NCBI GenBank assembly: GCA_965202585.1
Contig: OZ241830.1
Coordinates: forward strand, 72,726,001-72,790,000
Direction of reading: 5' to 3'
Source: Thalia democratica
Lineage: Eukaryota
DNA length: 64,000 nucleotides
Shown: positions 1 to 10,700 of the stretch, in pieces
How positions within the stretch are numbered: position 1 is the stretch's first letter
Layout of the letters: each line of letters opens with the position of its first letter
Position numbers and translations under genes: made by a program
The notes under the pieces: generated by a model
The model's database searches: none
The model's input: only the letters and a program-made list of their open reading frames with translations
Told to the model about the DNA's origin: nothing

Positions 1-354
1 AAGGTGCAGGGGCCGTTCAAGGACCCCGAGGTGGTGCGGCAGCAGCGGTTGAAGGAGATCGACAACCTGATCCAGGGAGAATACCGGTCGGTGGACGAGA
101 AGAGGAAAGTGCTGCTGAGGAGCGAGAGCGCGCAGGTGCTGGCCGGCCCGTGGAAAGTGGACATGGGCGTGGCCAAGGTCAAGTACGAGCTGTACGAGCC
201 GAACTCGCTGACCAACGAGAACTTCGTGGACAAGTGGCGCCACGTGAGCAGGACCCACAGGGACTACAAGCCGGAGAAGTGGCTGGGAAAGAACTTTTTC
301 AACTCGACCAAGCCGGTGGCTATCTTCAGCGAGTTGAACAATCCGTACTCTTAA
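1..354 (+). CDS. C-terminal part (5'-truncated by the window edge) of an unidentified protein, ending ...KPVAIFSELNNPYS*
   Basis: Frame is open from base 1 (AAG GTG CAG GGG...) to TAA at 352-354. It is GC-rich with mostly C/G third positions and drops abruptly into AT-rich 3' flank after the stop. No family recognised. Confidence 0.7.
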   Translation, partial: KVQGPFKDPEVVRQQRLKEIDNLIQGEYRSVDEKRKVLLRSESAQVLAGPWKVDMGVAKVKYELYEPNSLTNENFVDKWRHVSRTHRDYKPEKWLGKNFFNSTKPVAIFSELNNPYS

Positions 355-2355
355 AAGTCTTTTGAAGTTTGTAGACTGTGTAAAAAATAGTATAGAAAAT
401 GTAAAATGGTATTCAAAACCGATATATTGTTGTATTCATTGGGTGAAGGTCTTTTACTAGTTTTTTAATGCTTCTAATCATTTCCTTTTACAAAACTTTA
501 AACTTGTCGAAAATTTGTAGAATTTCAATGAATATTCAACGAAAATGGTAACAAAGTCGTTAAAATACCTTGTCGTTTTATGATACATGATAAATAATAA
601 CTGTTAAAATTGTTAATTGCTAGTATAATAAATTTATTAAAGATTTTTTTGTTGTTTAATTTTATTAAAGTTCGTTAAATTTTATGCATAACAGTCATAC
701 ACTATAGTTTATAGTTATTTTTTGCTTTTAAGAAATTTTACGATGATTTAGACATTAAAATTGCTTACAAAGTTGGTCTTTTAAACATGGATTACAAACA
801 TAAAAGTTAATAACAAAGTTTAAGCTAATTTATTTATGTTAAATATTAATATTAAAAGTGTTAATTTTAAACCATCAAAGTGTAACTTAATGCTAAAAAT
901 TTAAGAAAATTTAATTTTCCAATAACAAACTAAAAAATAAATAATTTTCAGACTTTTTTCTTTGGTTATTCTTCATACAACGTTTTTATTTTAGCTAAAA
1001 GTCATCATTTAAGCTGGGGTTGGCGCAAAAATTCCCCTAAAAACAAACCAAACGTACGATTTGCAGAAGCGGTTTTTCTGTTTTGAAAAATAAAGATCTT
1101 ACAACATAAATCTCAATCTAAACTATTTTAATTTTACTAAAATGTATAAATCGCACACAGTTTTTTCATTATTTAACTAAACTTGTTTTTTCTAATAAAT
1201 TAAAAAGTAAACTTGTAGTTTTTTTCTGTAAAGTGCGAAACAGCTAATAAGAAGAATAGACAACAACAAGTCTTCTAACATAACTAACCGAAAAAATGAA
1301 GGAGATGATTAGATAAAGTAAAAGTTTTTTAAATGAAGTTTTTTAAAGGCACAGGAGATTAATCAGAATTAAGTATTAAAAAGTATTAAATCAAGGAGTT
1401 TTACATAACTTTATAACAGACTATTTAAACTTTTTAAATTCAATACGTTTATTAATAAGAAACTCTCAAACAGTTTAAACGTTTAAAAGTATTTTTGTAA
1501 CGGGGTTTTATCTCATTAAAATGAATAGTCTTCCAAACATAAAAATAGTTATTGATATCATTAGTCAGAATATTAGTCGGTTGAAAAGCAAATGTTTTTA
1601 GTTTTTGTGACAAAAATACTTTGCTAGCTTTTATCTATTTATTTTATTCTCTTTCTATTGGTAACTACTAGATAATATACTTTATTGATAACATTATTAA
1701 CTAATACTCGTTGTAATGTTTAACACCTAAAAACTATCGTTCATTATCTCTTTTATACTAATTCGAATTTTTAGTTTTGAAAAATGTTTTGCAGTTTTGC
1801 TTTAATTTTATAATAAAAAAAGATCATTTAAATATATCATTAACAATATTTTAAATTACTAAATTTTTTATTTACTTACGACATTTCTAGCTAAAAAATA
1901 CAGTTGTACGAAATGTAATAGTACGCTTTTCAAAACGAAAAGAAAAAAATACTTTATTAATTTATTACAACGGATAAAACATTTTTTCTACCACAAAATA
2001 AACTAAAATTTACCCACTGTTAAAAAAACAAGCGTTTGTGAAGTCAGTAAAATGTTAAAATTAGAATAATTTTTTGAGATTTATTAAAAGGGCTTTCAAA
2101 TTTTTAAACCAGCCGACAAATAAATATCACTAATAAACTTCACTAACAAAAAGAAAAGTGGTAAATTCTAAATTTTAAATGCGTTAAGCAAGTTATAAGC
2201 TTCTGCAGGTTATTAAACTTTCAAACCCAAGTAACTATAATAACTTCCTTTGATAAACTTTAAATTCTATAACTTTTTTTGCTACTTTGTTTTATTATAT
2301 TTTGTCAACGATTAATTTATTTTTTTTGCATAATAATTTGCACCACCATGCATTT

Positions 2356-2750
2356 CTAATAAAGTCTGATTCTTACACTTGCAATTGAAAGACGATAAAA
2401 TTGAAAGACGATAAGGTACTTTGGAATCGTGACGCTGTGCCTTGCGACGAACTCATCAAAGACGCTGGCACTACTCATCGGACGCCTCCCGTATCTTCTT
2501 CCCATTTCTCTGTTGTACTCCCCTTCGGTCGGCTGCGGGCTTTCAACGTGCACGTGCTTGTGAAACTGGCGAAGCTCCCCGCAGGTGTCCCGGCCATGGA
2601 CGTCAAGTATGCCTTTTAAACTATGTAGTTTTCATTTGTTCGGACTCTAGCACCTCGTTTACAAAGATGCAGCTCCTAGGAAAAAAGCTCTTCTTCGTTC
2701 TGAGTGTGGCCGTAGAAAACTTCCGGGCATTCGGTCTTGTAGGTTCCCTT
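2356..2750 (-). pseudogene. Decayed GC-rich coding fragment, weakly ADP-ribosyltransferase (PARP/ART)-like C-terminal half
   Basis: GC-rich island. Minus-strand frames give KGTYKTECPEVFYGHT, RSCIFVNEVL and SVFDEFVARHSVTIPKYLIVFQ in order, separated by stops and frameshifts. A 16-nt tandem duplication (aattgaaagacgataa x2, ~2383-2414) shifts the end; removing it gives ...KYLIVFQLQV*. The ART call rests only on motif order. Confidence 0.35.
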
Positions 2751-5700
2751 TTTTATATAAATATCATAAAAAATCACAAGCATTGAGTTTTTTTAAACTT
2801 TTATATACTGTTTAAGTAATTTAATGCAGACGATTTGTTATTTAATATACAGTATTTATAGTTTTGTTAAAGTAATTTTATAATAAAGTTAAACTTCCTT
2901 TCCCTACCAGCCTTTTTCGGAATTTTTAAAACCGTTTTTCAAAACTTTGCTTATGCATCTTTCTTTGGTGCCGTGAAACGATATTAAGTTGTTTCGTTTT
3001 TAATTTGAAGTCTCAACCGGGTTTTTTTTCTAAGACTTTGAAAATTTTGCACCGTAAGCGTTTTTATGAAAGGTTTATCGGATCTGCATTCGTCAAAAAA
3101 AACCTTTCACTGTTTTGAATTCGTCTTTATCAAATAAAAGTATTCTGACGTCGTATTTGTAATTTTTGGTTTTGATAATTTCCATTTTTTTTCTTTTTTT
3201 TTTGTTCGTTTTATTGCTGAAACACATTTCATGTTGTTTATTAAACTATACAAAAAGATTTTCGGTATCATTCAATTTTAGTTTAGTTGGCTCTATATTG
3301 TTTTAGTATGTGAGAATATTAGAGGTTATATATAATTTATACCTAAATAACATTTCATAATATATTCATTTAATACAGATACTATTTACATGACATTTTT
3401 TTTTCTTTTTAAATTGGAGGAGTCAGTTATATAACTCAATAATCAATGTTTTCATAATAAATACATTGATTAAACATAACATATTAAACTAAAAGTCTTG
3501 ATCACAGAACACATCTTAACATACGTACATACTCATTTCATCAATATTTAAAATTATAAAAACAAAATTTTAGAAACTTTTATTTGCAAGATTATAGAAA
3601 AATTTAACTTTAGATCATAAGGTGTTGTTCTTAGCTAAAAGTGACAAATTAAAGTACTTTCTTCTACAATTCAGTTTTATTCTTATAACATTTCTGATTA
3701 AATTAAACCATTATTTAAAAAAATACTCATTAGTTTTTTGTAGTTTTATCGAAATTGTCAATTTTCGACTTTAAGCAGTTTTCAGTACCACAGTTAAGAT
3801 GGTAAGAATACTGGTGAGTTATTTTTTTCTGTGTGACATTTTGATAGGATCTTGAAATGTTTTCAACTTAAAATAAACATTCACGAATTAAGTACTAGTG
3901 TTAGACTTGTAAAAAAATATTCTCGCCTGGCAACACTAACTTCTATCTTAAAAGTTTGTGTATATTTTTCGAAAAAAAATTTAAATTGTGAATGTTTTAT
4001 ATTTTCATCGGACAAACTTAAGTCTTAAGTGACAAAATTTGCAAAACTAAATTAATTTTTTATGCTATTGTTTTTATACTAAACTATATTTTCCAAAACA
4101 GTCTTGCAGATGAACAACCAAAGGAAAAAAACTATCAAATTTAGCTATTAAAAATAACAGCTTAACAATAATCTTTAGATTATTTATAACTTATTAACTT
4201 TGTAAAGTTATAGTGCAACCACACTAAAAACCATATTTAGATTAAACCTAAACTTTACTAATACTAAATAATACTTGGGGCTATTCTATAAAACACTAGG
4301 CATGACAATGAATGAATATATTAAAGAACAGTTGCAAACACTAACAAATATATAAAGAACATCACAGCTTAGAAAATCTATTAACTTTGGTCAAAAATTT
4401 TACACAAGAATTAAATCTAATAGGAATATACTTTAAGAATGTATATAATTAAATAAAGATTTAGCTACTTGAAATTCAGATAAAAAATCAGTTATAAAGC
4501 AATAAATATTATTTAAAAAGAACTTTACAATAAACAAAATAATAACAATTAAATTCAGTTCTGGAACTACATCTGGAAGGTCTTAACTAGAATTATTATT
4601 TCAAGCTTTAGCCTATTTTTATAAAATCCTTATGTGAATAACTAATTAACTACTAGAAATAAATTTTCGATTTAAAAACTTATTTGTAGTAAATTTAAAA
4701 GAAGTATAACCACTTAATTAGATATTTTAAAGTTTCCTTCGCAATACTTAACAAATAAAAAACTGATTTAGAAAAAAAAATACTGTACACGCACAACTTT
4801 TTTATTTAATTTTTATATGTAACAACCATTCAAGTCGCTTAACTATTTTGTTTTTGGTAGTAAAATATTTTACAAACTTTTATTCAAAACACCTTTTATT
4901 CTAGGCTTTTTACATTGTAGAGAAATTTTTTCTAGCACTTTTATGTCTTGATCTTTTACTAATATTTAATCTAATCTTTTTAATGACACTGATGATTTAC
5001 TTAACAGTCGTTCAAAAAAGTTAAGATTACTGTAATAAGTAGTTCAACTTTTAATTCCTATTATTTTAGGTACTAAACAAAATTATTGTTGTCTATTAGT
5101 GCTTTTAAACTACTGTTGTCTATTTTTGAGTAAACAAGCTACTAAATGTTTTTCATTTTTAATATTTTTCTCTAAATTTCTTAGTTTACAATCCTACAAA
5201 ATATATAGCAAAACTTTTTTGTGAACATGTTTTTACAGACAAAACAATTTCAAAGTAAAGCTTTTTCTAATTGTTGCTTAAAAATAAAAAGTTTTAACAA
5301 TCATGTTCAAATTAAATTTAAAAATTAAGCTATAAAAACATTTTAATTTATCATTCAACTGGCTTTAAGCTGTACGGTTTACTTGAAAATTACATAATTA
5401 ATGTTTAGTCAGTTCGCAAAGGATGAATTATTGAAAATACCAACTTTTTTATGTAACTTATAAACATTAAATGATAAACCATTTTTTAGGCTTTTTTTTT
5501 CTCTTCCACTGTAAAATATTATAGTTTTTGCTTTTACATTGAATTTTAATTCTAAATACTCAAATAAAGTATTCGGATGAAGAAATTAACTCTGTTTAAA
5601 TTCAAAATCTCCTTTGATTTTTTTTGCAATATCAAAAGTTCGTTTTTACTAGAAGTAAATTTTAGCAGCGTAAAATATATTTTCAAAAGTTCATACTTGA

Positions 5701-6178
5701 TAACCAGACAGTTTACAAAAAGTTATGAAGTGTTTAAATAATAAAAAAATACCAGTATTCCTTATCCCCTATAATCGACCTCACAAATTCGAGGATGTGC
5801 AATAGTTTTATTTATATACTTATTAAGTTAAGATTTCTCTTACAACTTATTCTTACTCAGGTCATAAAACAAGACTAAACTAAAACTTTAGAGCACTATG
5901 ATAAAATAAGTTTTTGTCAAGTAAGAAAATTTAATGAAAACAGTTAAAAAACGAACTGATTAAAATAATTTGGTTTTTGTACACGATTTGCAAAACACTT
6001 CAACATAATTTTGTAATCAATTAGTTGTCAACAGTAAAATAATGAAACAACATGCGAGTTTTCATTTAAAGTTTGAACAAAATTTAAATAGCTTGCTTTT
6101 TTACATAACAATCTATACGTTAAATTCTACAAACGAAAACTGTTAAAACCAATAATCACTCTTCACAACTGTTATCAA

Positions 6179-7486
6179 CTACAAGTCAAAGCTGGTGAGC
6201 CAAGTGATTTTCTTCTTTTCCCCTTTGCTTTCCTTCGCATCGGCCACAACCTTCTTCGCGAGCTCGGCGCTGAACTCCTCGACGCGCTTTGTGGCGTGCA
6301 CGCCTTTTATCCTGCAAACGTTTCTGTTTCCGGCCCGAACGTTCATCGCTTTCAGCACCCCCATCATGTCCGAGTTGCCTTTCACCCCCAAACCGCTGAA
6401 GTAGGACGAATCGATCAACCTGGCCAGCAACACAGAGTACTTCCCCACGACCGTCTCCTTGCCGTTGACAGCCTCCAGAAAACCTTTCACCTTATTCTTC
6501 CCTTCTTCAATACTCGAGCTTGGATACCCTTTTATCGCCTCCAGCAGTTTCGAGGGTTGCCACCCCAGCAAGTCGCATGTCTGGACGAACAGTGAGGGTA
6601 GGGTCAGACCGTAACCAGTCAGCCGCGACGCTCCGAAGATCTCGGCGCTTATCATCGTCGAAGGGACGCTCAGTTGGACCAGGTAGAGAAGGTAAATCTG
6701 TTTCCTGGCGCCCGAGTCGCCGTTGATGGCGCTAGCGAGCCGTAAAGTCGCGGATTCGGGGAACAAGTGCACCAGAGCTGGGACCTTGTTCTTTTGAGCC
6801 GCGCTCTTCAGATTGTTTCTGACGTAACCGTTGAAGCTGCTCGTGTCCATCTTGCGCAGAAGCGAAATCGTGTTGATGATGGCCAGCACGTAACGTGATA
6901 GGTTCTCATCCGTCAAATCATCGAGAACGGGACCGTAATGCTTTGAATCGTAGGAATTAACCTTCCCGTTTAACTCTGCAGGCTCGTATGCTTTTCGGCT
7001 GGCCTCTTCGTCTTTGAGTATCTGTTTTGCTCTGACACCGACGGTAGAACTTTCCAAAGTCAAGGAGTAGGCGACCTGAAGAAGGTGCTCCAGAGCGGTT
7101 GAAGCTTTCGTTGGGAAAAAAAGAGCTTGAACCGCTTTTTTTGTCTTCGTCATCAGAGACGACCGATCGGTTATTAGTTTGGGAATCGGAAAACTAACGG
7201 TCGAGAGATTGAAAACCGTTGGGCCCGAATCTCCAAGATGAGGACGCCGGCCGGAACGATTCGGCTCTTCGGCTTCTCGGACCGTGTGACTGAAATCATA
7301 CAAACCTAAAGGATCGTCAGGTGAATCGCATAAACCAAGATACATGTCATCCAGACAAAATGGATCAGCAGGCGAATCGTACAATTCATAAGGCCTTTCA
7401 TCTAGATAAAATAGATCATCAAGTCGGCCGTAAAAACCATAGGGCATGTCATCTAGATAATATGGATCGTCAGCGTAGAATTCCAT
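6179..7486 (-). CDS. Intact intronless 435-aa protein; residues ~90-410 resemble a Mononegavirales/Jingchuvirales-type nucleoprotein (endogenous viral element), with an acidic/aromatic repeat N-terminus
   Basis: Long uninterrupted ORF, visibly GC-richer than its flanks. Motifs LLRKMDTSSFNGYVRNNLKSAA, SRLTGYGLTLPSLF and LLARLIDSSYFSGLGVKGNSDM match my recollection of the N-protein pattern (K..Y...R..A; L...G[LM]T; AR[LI][IF]D..YF..L..K.N) of nyami-/xinmo-/chu-like viruses. ORF is certain; the viral assignment is inference. Confidence 0.65.
   Translation of the reverse strand: MEFYADDPYYLDDMPYGFYGRLDDLFYLDERPYELYDSPADPFCLDDMYLGLCDSPDDPLGLYDFSHTVREAEEPNRSGRRPHLGDSGPTVFNLSTVSFPIPKLITDRSSLMTKTKKAVQALFFPTKASTALEHLLQVAYSLTLESSTVGVRAKQILKDEEASRKAYEPAELNGKVNSYDSKHYGPVLDDLTDENLSRYVLAIINTISLLRKMDTSSFNGYVRNNLKSAAQKNKVPALVHLFPESATLRLASAINGDSGARKQIYLLYLVQLSVPSTMISAEIFGASRLTGYGLTLPSLFVQTCDLLGWQPSKLLEAIKGYPSSSIEEGKNKVKGFLEAVNGKETVVGKYSVLLARLIDSSYFSGLGVKGNSDMMGVLKAMNVRAGNRNVCRIKGVHATKRVEEFSAELAKKVVADAKESKGEKKKITWLTSFDL
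7300..7480 (-). repeat. ~3.5 copies of a 51-bp (17-aa) coding tandem repeat at the N-terminus of the N-like ORF
   Basis: tcatc(t/c)aga(t/c)aa recurs at 7347, 7398 and 7449 (spacing 51). Peptides: ADDPYYLDDMPYGFYGR / LDDLFYLDERPYELYDS / PADPFCLDDMYLGLCDS / PDDPLGLYD. Confidence 0.9.
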
Positions 7487-7769
7487 GATTTATGGTGATT
7501 TGCGAGATAAAAGTCAGGTTTCAATCAATTGGTTTATTATACAAGTACTGTTTATAACGCTGAAAAGGGGGATTAAGATTAAGCATTACAAAAAAAACTT
7601 TCTTTAATTAATTTAAAAAATAAGTTTTCTATGTTAAAAAAACACAATACCAACTAAAGTTTTAAATGTTCCAAAGTAATCGTTAAGTAATTAAAATTTA
7701 TTCACTACGCAGCACTGTAGGAAATGTTTACTTTTTTATACTTTACTAGATATTCTTATACACTATGTA

Positions 7770-10700
7770 ATTTACGCAATAGTAATGTAGTATTGAAACT
7801 AAACAATTATTTAATTAAACAAGCGTAAAATGTGTCAGTTCATTACTGTAAACATTTCAGCACATACCATTAAGTTTATATTATATAGTTTATATTTTTA
7901 TTTTACTTGTATATCAATATTCCATATACCAATAACATTAACGATAATTTTAAATCTTAATTGTTAAGACAAAGTTTTCTAAAACATATCTAGCTGCTAT
8001 GAATTTTTCAATTTACTTAGACTTAAGAAAAATAAAGTCAAAAATTTCAACACAAGTAAGCTGAGTTAAATAAATTTATTTAAACATTGAAACCATTGTA
8101 TTATTTTTTTCTATTATTTTTACGAACACCAACAATTAAACTTCCTCTTATTCCTAAAAAAAAATGTTAATAAGCATTAAATCAGATAACTGCTACTAAA
8201 AATAAATTCAATTTAAACGTCGTTATCTTTTATTAGTACTATTAACGCATGATTTTATTTTCATGTGAGAATGAAGCAAAATTATTCTAAGTACAACTCA
8301 CTCAGTGTCGAAGTAACACAGATAAATATTTCAAAAGCGCAGAAATGCAGACGTAAGCAACATTATATATAAGAATTTTAAAAAATCAAACGTTGTAGTT
8401 AACAAGCATTTTTTTACCACCTATAACAATTCATGAAGTTCTTGAACATAATAAAGTGATTTTTACTTTAACCATCATTTTGTCAAAAAAGAAAGTCCAA
8501 TCTTAATTTGATCTTTTTTCAACTTAAATACTTATTTTCATATAGTTTATTAAGAAAACACTTGTAAAATTATCTGCAAATAACTTGTGATGTAACAAAA
8601 AGAAAAAACTAAAAGGAATTGTACAATTATGTTGAACAAAAATAAAGTGTCAATTTAAGTTTTAAGTGTAGACATATTATAGAAAGATCAAGTTAATAAA
8701 AAGTATTTTTTATAGTTTTTACTTGAATATAAAATAATCAATGAAATTTATTAACAACTCATAAAATAAATAAAATACATAAATAAAGTAAAAGTTTGTT
8801 AACACTTTAAATCAATAAATACAACTGATTAATAACCAAAGGCAAGCAAAAGCAAACACATTGAAAGTAATCTTAATAATATGAGTATACATCATTTTAT
8901 CATAAGAAAATGAACAAATTTAAAAAACATATCTCTTTTAATTATAAACTTCCGGAAAACAAAGAGCAGTAACTTAAAACAAATCAACAATAAAGTTAAG
9001 TTTTAGTCTTTTAGCTTTTTTTTTGTTATTAACGATATTTACTATCCAAATAAACTATATAAACTATAAAAAGAATTTACTATGTTAAACATTATATTTT
9101 CACTAAGTGATCTGCATTTACTACAATATATTACACAAAAATAAAGTTACACCAATCTTCAAGAAAAAAAGGCAAGAAATAATATCTAGTAACTTGTAAA
9201 AATGTAAAACTGAAACATTACACTTGGTGTATAATTTATGGTTTTTTACAGTAAATTCTATATTTAAAATAGTATAACATACAAGAAATCATGTAAATAC
9301 TTGTATTACAAGTATAAAGCTGTTTCAAATATAACTAGCTGCTGTAATGTTTACTAAAAACAGTAAAAGAAAAAAATAGCACAAGTTAGCTCAGTAATTC
9401 ATAAAAAAATAACTATTCAACAGCAGTAACAATTATCATAAAAAATAGCACAAGTTAGCTCAGTAATTCATAAAAAAATAACTATTCAACAGCAAATTAT
9501 CTTACTTTCATATAATTTTTTTTAATCTCACTTAAAAACCTTATCAGCGAAGTTAAAACAAAAAATTTTTGTCCTTGTCAAACACGAGATAATTAAATTT
9601 TATCCTCCTTTTTTCAAATGACAAGTAATTTTTTGGGCCGATAAAAAACTTTTAAATTGAAATTTTTTCTTTTAAATTATGTGGTTTACCACAACACTTG
9701 TGCATAAAAAACTCTTTTATGGAAATACTTAAGTTTTTTTCTTACAATTTTTTATTAAAAGCTTTCCAATAGCAACTGCAGGCAACAAGTTTAAGTTCGT
9801 TGAACTTTTAAGAAAATTTAAAATGTTATTACATTCAAACACTTTTAATTTTGTTTGATTTGAAAACTAAATTTAGTTTTAGCTCAACTTTACTTCAACT
9901 AAAAAATCTAAAAAAAATTTTCCAAACAGATTTATAAAAAACTTTTAAAGTTATTCGAAACAGTGTTGAAAGTATAACGTACTTGAAACAAACTTGTACA
10001 ACTTTTGAAAAAAATGTAATAATGTTATAAGGTATTCTTTAACCTTAAGAAATTATATAAGCGATGATTTGAAAATACATTTTTCAAAAATTGCTAAATT
10101 ATTGCGACTCAATAATAATTAGAATGTGAAACCAAGATGTAGAAAGGTATAAGTAAACTTACGTTGTAAATAAAATCTTTATTATATACAAACAAAAATT
10201 ACATGCTTAAATATTACTGAAATTTATTATTTATATAAAACTGATTTATTTCAAGTTAAAAACCATCTTGTTTTAGAACTTTTTTTTTGTTGCTAATATA
10301 TGCATAAAAATTAAAGTATAAATAAAAATTGTAATAACTATATTGCTGTAGCTTTTAAAAACAAAAACAAACAATAAAAAAGCCTTAAAATAAGTTTCGT
10401 TAAAAAGTAAAACTAACTTTAAAATGCACCATTTAGTTTTTTCTTTGCATTCATTTTTGATAAAACAAAACAATTTTAAGAAAAATCAAACATATAATGC
10501 ATCACCGAATAAGAAATAAAAGTTGACCAAAATAATCTTAGATTTTTATCAGTATTTTTGTACTTATACTACTTTCTGAGAAAATAGCAACTGAACTCCC
10601 ATAACTTTGTTAACGAGCTGTTGAACAAAATACTCTTTTAATGCTTCAGAAACTCAAAACATAAATCTTTTACGAGCAAGCTATAAGTTTAAAAAAATAA

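Noticed and set aside
150-365. 71-aa + strand ORF
   Set aside because: Alternative-frame shadow of the GC-rich 1-354 coding segment.
2401-2786. 72-aa and 114-aa + strand ORFs
   Set aside because: Likely antisense shadows of the decayed minus-strand fragment; no recognisable motifs.
6195-6726. Three + strand ORFs (69, 99, 68 aa)
   Set aside because: Antisense shadows of the 435-aa ORF.
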